37,331 bases of DNA from Candidatus Latescibacterota bacterium (GTDB lineage Bacteria; Latescibacterota; UBA2968). Position numbers and translations under genes: made by a program. Under the pieces are notes generated by a model. It was not told where the DNA came from. It saw only the letters and a list, made by a program, of their open reading frames with translations, and did no database searches. Positions 8,156 through 16,976 of this stretch are shown piece by piece. Positions within the stretch are counted from its first letter, which is position 1. Every line of letters starts with the position of its first letter. The stretch covers positions 1 to 37,331 of the forward strand of contig JAYODI010000060.1 in assembly GCA_038279365.1 (NCBI GenBank), in the 5' to 3' direction.

Positions 8156-9142
8156 ATGGACACACTCTCTTGTTGTATTGTCGGTTACGGTGGCATTGCC
8201 GAGTTTCACGTTGATGCCCTCAAACAAATCGAAGGCATTCGGTTACATACCGTTATGGGCCGACGCTTAGAACCTGCCGAAGCATTTCGGGCCAAACACG
8301 GTTTTAAAAAAGCAACGACTGATTACGATGCTGTTATGGCCGACAAAGAAATTGATGCCGTCATTATCGGCTCACCCAGCGAAGCCCATTACGAACAAAC
8401 GGCCAAAGCACTCAACGCTGGTAAACATGTTTTGGTCGAAATCCCTTTGGCACTGTCTCACAAAGGTGCGCGTGATTTGGCAGGCATGGCTCAAAAAAAT
8501 CAGGCCAAATTGATGGTTGCACATACCCGACGGTTTGACCCTGCCGGGATATTCCTCAAAGATTTTGTAGATGCGGGCAAAGCCGGCAAAATCATTCAAC
8601 ACCAACATTATTCATTTTGGTTACGCCACCACAATGTGGGTTGGACAGGCTACCAACGCAGTTGGACAGACGATGTGGTGTTTCACCACGGTTGCCACTT
8701 GGTCGATTTTTCACGCTGGATAATCAATGCGCCCGTGCGCCGTGCTCGTGGCGAACTCTCACCATTACACCCCCAAATTGGCACGTCTTTAGATGTGAGT
8801 TTGCTTTTGCGCTACGAAAACGAGGCCATTGCAACCATCAGCCTTTCTTACAATTCGGCCCAATCTGCCCGTGGCAATCTGTTCATTTGCGAAAAAGGCA
8901 CCATCCACCACACAGGCAAAACCATTACGCTCAACGGTGAAACCATCTTTGAAACCGAAACAAACGCCGAAGGGGCCATTTTGACCCAAAACCGCGAGTT
9001 TATCAACGCCATTCGCCAAGATCGACAACCGTCTTGTAATGCCGAAGAAGCCCTTGCCTCTCTTATTCCCCTTCAACAAGTATACGACCAAATGATCACA
9101 CTGGAAAATGAAGACAAATACAAAAGGCCTTGGACGCTTTAA
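8156..9142 (+). CDS. Gfo/Idh/MocA oxidoreductase, LigC/PmdD (4-carboxy-2-hydroxymuconate-6-semialdehyde dehydrogenase)-like
   Basis: Rossmann GYGGIA; KHVLVEIPLA (EIP instead of EKP), AHTRRF, RSWTDDVVFHHGCHLVD. Start set at ATG 8156 after AAGGA. Confidence 0.8.
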   Translation: MDTLSCCIVGYGGIAEFHVDALKQIEGIRLHTVMGRRLEPAEAFRAKHGFKKATTDYDAVMADKEIDAVIIGSPSEAHYEQTAKALNAGKHVLVEIPLALSHKGARDLAGMAQKNQAKLMVAHTRRFDPAGIFLKDFVDAGKAGKIIQHQHYSFWLRHHNVGWTGYQRSWTDDVVFHHGCHLVDFSRWIINAPVRRARGELSPLHPQIGTSLDVSLLLRYENEAIATISLSYNSAQSARGNLFICEKGTIHHTGKTITLNGETIFETETNAEGAILTQNREFINAIRQDRQPSCNAEEALASLIPLQQVYDQMITLENEDKYKRPWTL

Positions 9143-9157
9143 TCCTTAACAAAGAAA

Positions 9158-9199
9158 TCTCAAACAAAGGCAGGCCAAATGGTCTGCCTTTGTTTGAGA
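9158..9199. terminator. Bidirectional terminator between convergent oxidoreductase genes
   Basis: TCTCAAACAAAGGCAGGCC / GGTCTGCCTTTGTTTGAGA long hairpin. Confidence 0.8.
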
Positions 9200-9207
9200 C
9201 AACTCCC

Positions 9208-10176
9208 TTACAAAGCAATCGTTCGCCCATCACGCCCAGATTGATAAGCCGCTTCAATCACTTCAATATTGCGCAGACCATCCCATCCAGAAGCAATCGG
9301 TTTACCCTTCCCATTGATGCAGTCCCTAAAATTGGCCAAAAGCCCACTAAAATAATCGGGAAAAGTCATTGACTCAGTGGTTTCGCCTTTTTCGGTAACG
9401 ACCCTGATCGAGCTTCCCAAAAAGAGAGAACCTTTGGTTCCATAAATTTCCAATACATTGCCATTGTGTGGAATAGCAAATGACAAGCCCAACACACCAT
9501 GTGTGCCATTTTGAAACCGAGTCGTCACAAAAGCCGTATCTTCAATATCCCAACCAAATACGTCCGAACTGCCCATATAAGACACGTGGGTAAAATCCCC
9601 CACCAAAAAACGAAACAAATCCAAATAGTGTGCCCCCATATCCATCAACACACCACCACCACTTTGGGAAGGGTCTAAACGCCATCCGCCGTCATCAAAT
9701 GGCGTCCACTTTGCCAAGTGCGCCCGTATCTCAACAATTTTTCCAAACGTATCATTTGTTATCATTTTTTTGATGCGGTGATATATTTCCCATCCACGCA
9801 AGACAAAACAAACCTGCAAATGTACACCGGCCTTGTCACATGCCATAACCATCTGCTCACACTCAGAAACCGTCAAGCCCATTGGTTTTTCACAAAGCAC
9901 ATGTTTACCCGCTTTGGCCACAGCCAAAACGTGATCACGGTGCAAATGAACAGGGCTTGACACATAAATTGCGTTTACATTCCTATCATCAATCAGAGTG
10001 TCTACCTGGTCATATGCATTTGGCACATTGAACTGTGCTGCAATAGCTTGCGCCCGCTTCATGTCTCGAACCATCAACGCAGACACCTCGTGCCCACCAA
10101 GAGATTGCATGGTTGGAATAACACGCCGCTGTGCCACACTGCCAGCACCCAATACGCCCCAATTTAGAGCAGTCAC
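9208..10176 (-). CDS. Gfo/Idh/MocA oxidoreductase (1,5-anhydrofructose reductase/sugar dehydrogenase-like)
   Basis: WGVLGAGSVA, KHVLCEKPMG, GGGVLMDMGAHYLD; GTG start with GAGGAGG RBS. Confidence 0.9.
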   Translation of the reverse strand: MTALNWGVLGAGSVAQRRVIPTMQSLGGHEVSALMVRDMKRAQAIAAQFNVPNAYDQVDTLIDDRNVNAIYVSSPVHLHRDHVLAVAKAGKHVLCEKPMGLTVSECEQMVMACDKAGVHLQVCFVLRGWEIYHRIKKMITNDTFGKIVEIRAHLAKWTPFDDGGWRLDPSQSGGGVLMDMGAHYLDLFRFLVGDFTHVSYMGSSDVFGWDIEDTAFVTTRFQNGTHGVLGLSFAIPHNGNVLEIYGTKGSLFLGSSIRVVTEKGETTESMTFPDYFSGLLANFRDCINGKGKPIASGWDGLRNIEVIEAAYQSGRDGRTIAL

Positions 10177-10226
10177 ACGACCTCCTCATTCAGCCCATCA
10201 ACTGATTTTAAGCCCCAACGCAAAAC

Positions 10227-11522
10227 TCAATCCATCCCCAACTCAACAACTTGCCTTTTCGCCATGGCATCATCTGCACAAAATCCCACCAAGTGACCAT
10301 TGATCGAATCTTCAATCACCGTACATGAAAGAGAGGTTTCTTTGCCTCTAACCAATCCCACAAAGTCAGACACGAGCCGTAAATCTCCGCCCCCATGTCC
10401 ACCAAATGCACCGTGCATATCGCCACCCGCATTTAGATCAATCACTTCTTCAGAATATTCATGTCCTGGGCGCGTGTCTATGTGCCGTAAGATAAATTTG
10501 GAATCTTCAAAAACACCTTGGATTTCACCATGGGTGCCCAACAAATGAATGGCCCGCGAAGGTCTCGCTGTTCCACCCACCATATTGTGTGTGGCCGTAC
10601 ATCCATCTTCAAACTCGATTACAACCGATTGGTGATCGACCACATCATTGTCACATTTCCACACACATCGGCCATAGGGGTTGGTGGTTTTGAGCGATTC
10701 TATTTTTTGTTCTATGGTTGGGTTTTCAATGTGCTCAAGCGTATCCCACACATAAAAGGCCCAACGCTTGGGATGATCCACATAATGTTTTTTGGCCGAA
10801 TACAAACAGTCTGCTTCAATGGGGCAATCGACCATACATCTTGTGCCTGCATTTTCTGGGGCATGTGCTTCGTTAAAATACATGTTGCTTCCAAAACTCG
10901 AAACGCGCACAGGTTTTATCCCACTCATCATCCACATAATCAAGTCCAAGTCATGACAACATTTTGCCATCAACATAGAAGAATGGCACAAGTCTTTGCG
11001 ATTCCACTTGCCCCGCACAAACCCCACCCCCATGTGGTGATAACTCACGTGTTCTATCGTTTGCACATTCATCAACTGCCCAATTTCGCCATCTGCCACC
11101 TTTTTTCTTATGGCCGCATAAAACGGCGCATAGCGCAAAACGTGGCAGATCATCACTTTGCTCTGATTGGCCTTCGCAACATCGGCCAAACGCCACATTT
11201 CTTCTTGGCTGGTCGCAAAGGGTTTTTCCAATAGCATGTCATAACCCGCCTCCAACAATGGTATTGCGGTATCCACATGCTGGTGATCCATGGTGCCATT
11301 AATCACCACATCGGCAAGCTTTCCCTTTAGTGCCAATGCCTCTGCCGAGTCAAAACACATTTCCTCACCAAATCCAAACCGCTTGGCCATTTCTTTTTGT
11401 CGGCGCACATTGGGGTCGGCCACACCCACAATTTTGAGTTCTTCGGGGTGATGCTCTGCATAAGAGGCATAGGTCACTGCGCGATGCCCTGCCCCAACGA
11501 TCATTGCTGTTACGGGTGCCAA
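10227..11522 (-). CDS. Gfo/Idh/MocA oxidoreductase, long Cys-rich subtype
   Basis: IVGAGHRA, LLEKPFA, CHVLRY, AKCCHDLD, RCMVDCPIEADC, GRCVWKCDNDVVD, GHGGGD; TTG start with GAGG RBS. Confidence 0.9.
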   Translation of the reverse strand: MAPVTAMIVGAGHRAVTYASYAEHHPEELKIVGVADPNVRRQKEMAKRFGFGEEMCFDSAEALALKGKLADVVINGTMDHQHVDTAIPLLEAGYDMLLEKPFATSQEEMWRLADVAKANQSKVMICHVLRYAPFYAAIRKKVADGEIGQLMNVQTIEHVSYHHMGVGFVRGKWNRKDLCHSSMLMAKCCHDLDLIMWMMSGIKPVRVSSFGSNMYFNEAHAPENAGTRCMVDCPIEADCLYSAKKHYVDHPKRWAFYVWDTLEHIENPTIEQKIESLKTTNPYGRCVWKCDNDVVDHQSVVIEFEDGCTATHNMVGGTARPSRAIHLLGTHGEIQGVFEDSKFILRHIDTRPGHEYSEEVIDLNAGGDMHGAFGGHGGGDLRLVSDFVGLVRGKETSLSCTVIEDSINGHLVGFCADDAMAKRQVVELGMD

Positions 11523-11582
11523 ATCATTATCCTCATTTCACTTTTTAAAATGATATTCTAAACAACACACATCGTTCATAGT

Positions 11583-12410
11583 CTATTGTGGCAAACTTTT
11601 AAACCACGAAACAAATTCAGGAAATATTTCCTCAGGTTCGGGCAATTCCATGTGCCACCGTTTTTCGTGCTCAAACATGACCCAACCATCATATCCATTG
11701 CTTTTGAGCAAAGCAATGGCTTCGGATAATGGCAATTGTCCTTGTCCTGGCGAAACATAACGCCATCCGTCTTTCATCGCCTCGGGGTGTGCCGTGTCAT
11801 AAATGGCATCTTTAATGTGCGTATAATACACCCGATTGCCCAAAGCCGCCAATGTCTCGGCAGGGGCTTCGCCCCCCACACGTGTTGTGTGGCCCATATC
11901 CCAAAGCGCACCAAAAGCTGGGTTGGGTATGCGATCCAAAAGCAGTTTGCAATCTTGTGAAGCAATCCAATGATCGTGGGTTTCAAACACCCATTTCAAA
12001 CGACTCCCCCCATCCAAAGCCAATAATTTTTCCATTAAACTTTGCCCAAAATCTGCCAAGGTTTCTTTGGTATGCGTTTTCACATCCCCATTGCCAAAAA
12101 CGCGCAAAGACACGGTGCCCAATTCATTGGCAATTGGAATGGTGCGCTTTGCTTCTTCAATAAATTGGTCCACCTTCTCAGGTACACACACGCTAATACT
12201 GGTACTGATATTGGGTACTGCAAGCCCTGCATCGGCCAACATTTTTTTCGTTTCAGACAGTCTTGTGGTAAATTCTGGCGTTTTTGTAATGTCAATCTCG
12301 TCTTGCAACCCTCTAAAATCCACACCATCATACCCAAATGCAGCGCCCTTTTGACAAATTGTATCAATATCCCAATTTGGACATCCCAATGTCGTAAAAG
12401 CCAATTTCAT
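11583..12410 (-). CDS. Sugar phosphate isomerase/epimerase (AP endonuclease 2 / xylose isomerase-like TIM barrel)
   Basis: MKLAFTTLGCP, ETHD, WDMGH, HIKD, GQGQLP and FEHEK metal motifs; ATG 12410 with GGAGG RBS. Confidence 0.88.
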   Translation of the reverse strand: MKLAFTTLGCPNWDIDTICQKGAAFGYDGVDFRGLQDEIDITKTPEFTTRLSETKKMLADAGLAVPNISTSISVCVPEKVDQFIEEAKRTIPIANELGTVSLRVFGNGDVKTHTKETLADFGQSLMEKLLALDGGSRLKWVFETHDHWIASQDCKLLLDRIPNPAFGALWDMGHTTRVGGEAPAETLAALGNRVYYTHIKDAIYDTAHPEAMKDGWRYVSPGQGQLPLSEAIALLKSNGYDGWVMFEHEKRWHMELPEPEEIFPEFVSWFKSLPQ

Positions 12411-12453
12411 TTTAACCTCCCAATCAATTGAATAATTGCTCACATATCAAACA

Positions 12454-14052
12454 TCACCAACTTATCCCAACATCGCCTTTTGCAAGGGGGTGATAGACAA
12501 TAGGTGCTTCACTTTTTTCGTCACATCCCACATCCCATTTACCTGAGCGAACTTGACCATCAATATCCGCAACAACATCACCATATACCCCAACGGCAGC
12601 ATCAATGCTCACACTTCCATCAACGGGCCGAAAAAGGCCTTGTTGTTTTTCAAGTGCAACAGTTTTTGTTTCAATCCCCGAAACATCAATCCCCATTTCA
12701 CCCCCAAAAAACACGTTGCCTTCCCATTTGGCTTGAGTAGGCATGTCCACCACATTCACAATGGCTCTGTCACCTGTACCGCGAACCAAGTTATTGGCAA
12801 ATATAGGAGACAATGGCGGCAAAGAACGATTCGAACTCCCCTTCCCATTTCCCAATTCAAAAACCTGTGTACAATCGATAAAGGTATTAAATGCAACCAA
12901 AGGACGCTTTACCTGAAAATATCCACTTAAGGGCGAGTCCGGTATGCCATCCACCAAAACCAATGCAGAACGCCCTCCTGTGCCCAACAAGTTTTCAAAA
13001 TAATTGTTCACCACGCGGTGGTCTTCACCAATAATGCGCACCCCACCCGTGTTCAAAACCCCTTCTCCTAAAAAGAAATTCCCTTCCACCACATTTTCAT
13101 TACCGTGGCGCAAGGTCAACATGCCTTTTGACGAGCGAAAAGTATTATGCCGATAAATATTCCCACCCGACTTGCTCGATATGATCTCTATTTCGCCATC
13201 ACACCGTTCAAACAAATTGTATTCCACAACCGTTCGTGATGTGGTCATTGAAACGGTGCTGGTACCTACCCGCAACGTTTCCCCGCCATTTCTACCCAAC
13301 TCTGGCCGGTCTGCAAAATAATTGTGGTCAATCAAATGATCATTGGGGCCCTCGCCCACCCAAACCACCACCGTTGCACCATCATGATTTTTGCCCGATA
13401 CAAAACAGTGATCCACCCGATTGTGCGTACCAAAAAGAGAAATCCATTTGTATTCAATCGTATCTGTGGGTGGATTATAATTTGTAATGGCAGTATTCGT
13501 CAACCGACAATAATGAGACTCAAAAGCAGAATCTCTGCGAAATTGAATGACATGTCCTTCTGTAAGCGCACCATCTTTAAACCACAAACCATCCACAACC
13601 AAATATTGCCCCGAAAATCGCAAACGAGAATGCCCCGTCAAAATAACTTTTCCTGGTGTTTCAGCAACAAGCGTAATCAGACGTCCTGCATCACCTTTTG
13701 CCGCAAAAAGAATATCCACATCGCGCCAAATCCCATTGCCCATCACAATGCGATCACCAGGTTGAGCCGAAGCAATGGCGGCATTTAAGGCCTGTACGTC
13801 CGTTACTTTGATTTCGCGACCTGATTGGGCAAATGCCCGTGCAAAAACCAAAAAATCGCCAAACCCAACCACACCGTCGGCATTCAAATCAAAGGCCTCA
13901 TCCTGTTCTTGATATCCACGCGCAAATAAGATAAAATCAGAAAAATCGACTTTCCCATCCCCATTAAAATCAGTCCCTTCACCAGGTATGGGCAACCACA
14001 AAACCAAGATGACAACCAACCAAACAAAAAACAAACGCGATCTTTTTAGCAT
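12454..14052 (-). CDS. Secreted polysaccharide lyase family 6 (alginate lyase/chondroitinase B-like) with an N-terminal dockerin-like double EF-hand
   Basis: Signal-peptide-like N-terminus; DFNGDGKVDFSDFILF...DLNADGVVGFGDFLVF; PL6 beta-helix motifs AQPGDRIV, NRVDH, DHNYF, NGGETLRVG, EIISSKS (catalytic K), LTLRHG (catalytic R). Confidence 0.9.
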   Translation of the reverse strand: MLKRSRLFFVWLVVILVLWLPIPGEGTDFNGDGKVDFSDFILFARGYQEQDEAFDLNADGVVGFGDFLVFARAFAQSGREIKVTDVQALNAAIASAQPGDRIVMGNGIWRDVDILFAAKGDAGRLITLVAETPGKVILTGHSRLRFSGQYLVVDGLWFKDGALTEGHVIQFRRDSAFESHYCRLTNTAITNYNPPTDTIEYKWISLFGTHNRVDHCFVSGKNHDGATVVVWVGEGPNDHLIDHNYFADRPELGRNGGETLRVGTSTVSMTTSRTVVEYNLFERCDGEIEIISSKSGGNIYRHNTFRSSKGMLTLRHGNENVVEGNFFLGEGVLNTGGVRIIGEDHRVVNNYFENLLGTGGRSALVLVDGIPDSPLSGYFQVKRPLVAFNTFIDCTQVFELGNGKGSSNRSLPPLSPIFANNLVRGTGDRAIVNVVDMPTQAKWEGNVFFGGEMGIDVSGIETKTVALEKQQGLFRPVDGSVSIDAAVGVYGDVVADIDGQVRSGKWDVGCDEKSEAPIVYHPLAKGDVGISW

Positions 14053-14094
14053 ATCATCCTTTCACAATTCCCAACACAACAAGCTTGATCTACA

Positions 14095-15906
14095 TTAATT
14101 GGTAAATGGTTGTTCTCTTACAAGTTGTTTTATTGCCCCTTCATCCACATTGCGAAACTGCAACTGGCATAATTTCTGGTACAACCCATCTTGAGAAACA
14201 AGTTCATCGTGCGTACCCACCTGCACCAATTCACCTGCCTCTAACACCAATATCCGATGGGCATGTTGCACGGTTGAAAGGCGATGTGCAATAATAAATG
14301 TGGTTCGTCCAATCATCAAGCGTTCCAGTGCCTGTTGAACCAATGCTTCCGATGCAGAATCCAAAGCCGAGGTCGCCTCATCTAAGAGCAATATACGTGC
14401 ATCGCGCAAAAGTGCCCGCGCTATGGCCACACGCTGTCGCTGACCTCCGCTCAATTTGACACCCCGTTCACCAACCAAAGAATCAAAGCCTTCAGGGAAA
14501 GCTTCTATAAATTCGAGTGCATTGGCATCTTTGGCGGCTTTTTTGACCTCAGTGTCGGTCGCATCCAATTTACCATATCGAATGTTTTCAAGAATTGACG
14601 TACCAAACAAATGAACATCTTGAGACACCATGCCTATTTGTTCACGCAGTGATTGAACTTGCACCGTTTTTATGTCTATGCCATCAATAGATATCTTTCC
14701 ATCCGTAACATCGTAGAAACGCGGTATGAGATTCATCAATGTCGTTTTACCCGCCCCACTTGGCCCAACCAGGGCAAGCGTTTCTCCTGCTTGGGCGGTA
14801 AATGAAATCTTATCTAAAATAGGCTGATCGGTTTCATACGAAAAAGATACCTTTTCAAACACCACAGTCCCTTTTACGAGGGGCAATGGTTTTGAATCTT
14901 CCGTTTCCACAATTTCAGGAGGGGTGTTCATCAATTCAAATATGCGCTCAGATGCCCCCACGGCACTATTGAGCGACGTATACAAATGCGAAACACCCAT
15001 CACGGAACCTGCTATCGTGGAAGCATACATAATAAAAGCCACCAAATCACCAGCCGTCAAACGCCCAGCCAAAACCTCACTGCCACCATACCAGAAAATT
15101 GCCACCATAGCCACCATAAACAAAAACCGACTGCTTGACGAAAACAACGAAGACATCACGGCCTTATAACGCGCCACATCAAACAAAGACTCTACAGCAT
15201 CTTGATAACGTTTGGTTTCAAATGGCTCTCTTGCAAAAGCTTTCACCACCCGAATAGCCGACAAGGCCTCTTCTGCAACAGCAGTTGTATCGGCCAGTCG
15301 ATCTTGCACACCCCGTGAAAGTTTGCGAATCTTCAATCCAAAATATCGCGACCCAATAGCAACAGGTGGCACAGCACAAAACACAATCAAACTCAACCGC
15401 CAATTGAGTCCAACCATCACCCCCACAGATCCCATCAATGAAAAGAGCGTGCGTAAGGCATCTGCAACATCCTCTGTGGCAGCACCACGAATGGCTCCCA
15501 CATCATTGGTTAAACGAGAGGTCAGATCACCCAAGCGGGTTTCGGCATAAAATCGCAATCCCAAACGATGCAAATGACCATAAATTTCTTTACGCAAATC
15601 GGTCACAATGCGTTCCCCAACCCACGATATCAAATACCCACTCAAAAAAGACATGGTCGCCTGAAGGGCAAACAGCAAAAGCAACCCCCACCCCAACAGA
15701 TGCAACAACCCACGGTTTTCTTGCTCAAACACAGAATCGAGCAAAGATTTTACCCCAAGCGGAACAGAGAGCCAAATCACTGAAGAAAACGCTGTAAACA
15801 CCAATCCAACGCACAGTCGTCCCACATAAGGCCGAGCATAAACCCAAATACGCTTCCACGCCAACCACAAATGAATGCCTTTTATTTTTGGATCGGAATC
15901 GTTCAA
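14095..15906 (-). CDS. ABC exporter, fused permease/ATPase (MsbA-like type IV)
   Basis: N-terminal transmembrane region; Walker A GPSGAGKT, LSGGQRQR, LDEATSALD, IAHRLST. Start codon is TTG. Confidence 0.92.
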   Translation of the reverse strand: MNDSDPKIKGIHLWLAWKRIWVYARPYVGRLCVGLVFTAFSSVIWLSVPLGVKSLLDSVFEQENRGLLHLLGWGLLLLFALQATMSFLSGYLISWVGERIVTDLRKEIYGHLHRLGLRFYAETRLGDLTSRLTNDVGAIRGAATEDVADALRTLFSLMGSVGVMVGLNWRLSLIVFCAVPPVAIGSRYFGLKIRKLSRGVQDRLADTTAVAEEALSAIRVVKAFAREPFETKRYQDAVESLFDVARYKAVMSSLFSSSSRFLFMVAMVAIFWYGGSEVLAGRLTAGDLVAFIMYASTIAGSVMGVSHLYTSLNSAVGASERIFELMNTPPEIVETEDSKPLPLVKGTVVFEKVSFSYETDQPILDKISFTAQAGETLALVGPSGAGKTTLMNLIPRFYDVTDGKISIDGIDIKTVQVQSLREQIGMVSQDVHLFGTSILENIRYGKLDATDTEVKKAAKDANALEFIEAFPEGFDSLVGERGVKLSGGQRQRVAIARALLRDARILLLDEATSALDSASEALVQQALERLMIGRTTFIIAHRLSTVQHAHRILVLEAGELVQVGTHDELVSQDGLYQKLCQLQFRNVDEGAIKQLVREQPFTN

Positions 15907-15924
15907 AAATACTTCCTTTTCTCA

Positions 15925-15952
15925 TTGACATTGCCCCAACAAATACTATACT
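15925..15952 (+). promoter_or_regulatory. Putative sigma70 promoter of the Gfo gene at 15990
   Basis: TTGACA (15925-15930)-16 bp-TATACT (15947-15952). Confidence 0.6.
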
Positions 15953-15989
15953 GTGCCGCACACGTTTACAAATATACAAGGGAGTTTTT

Positions 15990-16976
15990 ATGTTAAAAAT
16001 AGGCGTTATCGGCTGTGGAACAGTGTCTTCATATGGTCATTTGCCCACCATTACAGCTTCAAACAATTGGGAATTAGCCGCCGTGGTCGATCAATCTGAA
16101 GCCCGCTTGGAAATGGTGCGCGAAAAGTATGGTGCCATTCCCACTTTTACCAATTACAAAGATATGCTTCAATCGGTTGCATTAGATGCCGTAACGGTTG
16201 CCACACACATCGACACCCACAGCCAAATGACCTGCGATGCACTCCAGCAAAATTTGCATGTGTTGTGCGAAAAACCGATGGCAAAAACCCTAAACGAATG
16301 TCAAAGAATGGTGGACGTCGCCCAAGAAAAAAACCGCCTGTTGGCGATCAATTTTAACACGCGCAGTGGCAGCATCTATCGAGAAATCAAACGCATCATC
16401 GACACTGGAGACTTGGGCACCTTGCGGGTCATTCGCATCGTATTTGACTGGTCTTGTCACCAGTGGCAACCCCCAGAACGCCTCGAAGCTTTTATGAATG
16501 AAGGTGGCCCCATAATAGATTCTGCGGTTCACTTTTTTGAAGGCGCACGCTGGTTTTCTGGCGAAGAATTTGTCCACATAGATGCTCACGGTGTGTCCTT
16601 AGAGCCCTATGAAGCCCCCCAACACGCCATATCCACCTGTACGATGACAGGCAATGTCATCGCCCTCATAGAAGCCGGCTGGCTTTATTGTAAACGCACC
16701 AAAGACCAAGCTGCACTTTTTCGCATAGATGTCATTGGCGACAATGGCACCGTCAGCTATGACTCACCACCGGGTGTGTTACGCCTCTACACAAAAGAGA
16801 CTACTGAAGAACGGCCTTTTACCGATTTGAGCAAGCATTTCGAAACGGTTTACGACCTGTTTGCACAAAGCGTTCACAAAGGCGAGCTTGTCGAATTGGC
16901 GTCTGGTTATGACGGCCTCAAAGCCACAGAGGCCGCCTTTCAAGCGCTCAATTCGGCAAAAAGAAAATTTGTCTAA
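15990..16976 (+). CDS. Gfo/Idh/MocA oxidoreductase (inositol 2-dehydrogenase-like)
   Basis: IGVIGCG, HVLCEKPMA, GGPIIDSAVH; ATG 15990 with GGAG RBS. Confidence 0.9.
   Translation: MLKIGVIGCGTVSSYGHLPTITASNNWELAAVVDQSEARLEMVREKYGAIPTFTNYKDMLQSVALDAVTVATHIDTHSQMTCDALQQNLHVLCEKPMAKTLNECQRMVDVAQEKNRLLAINFNTRSGSIYREIKRIIDTGDLGTLRVIRIVFDWSCHQWQPPERLEAFMNEGGPIIDSAVHFFEGARWFSGEEFVHIDAHGVSLEPYEAPQHAISTCTMTGNVIALIEAGWLYCKRTKDQAALFRIDVIGDNGTVSYDSPPGVLRLYTKETTEERPFTDLSKHFETVYDLFAQSVHKGELVELASGYDGLKATEAAFQALNSAKRKFV

Noticed and set aside
14095-15906. Type I secretion ATPase for the PL6 lyase or the giant protein
   Set aside because: Both candidates have Sec-type signal peptides and no RTX repeats, and no HlyD or TolC gene is adjacent.
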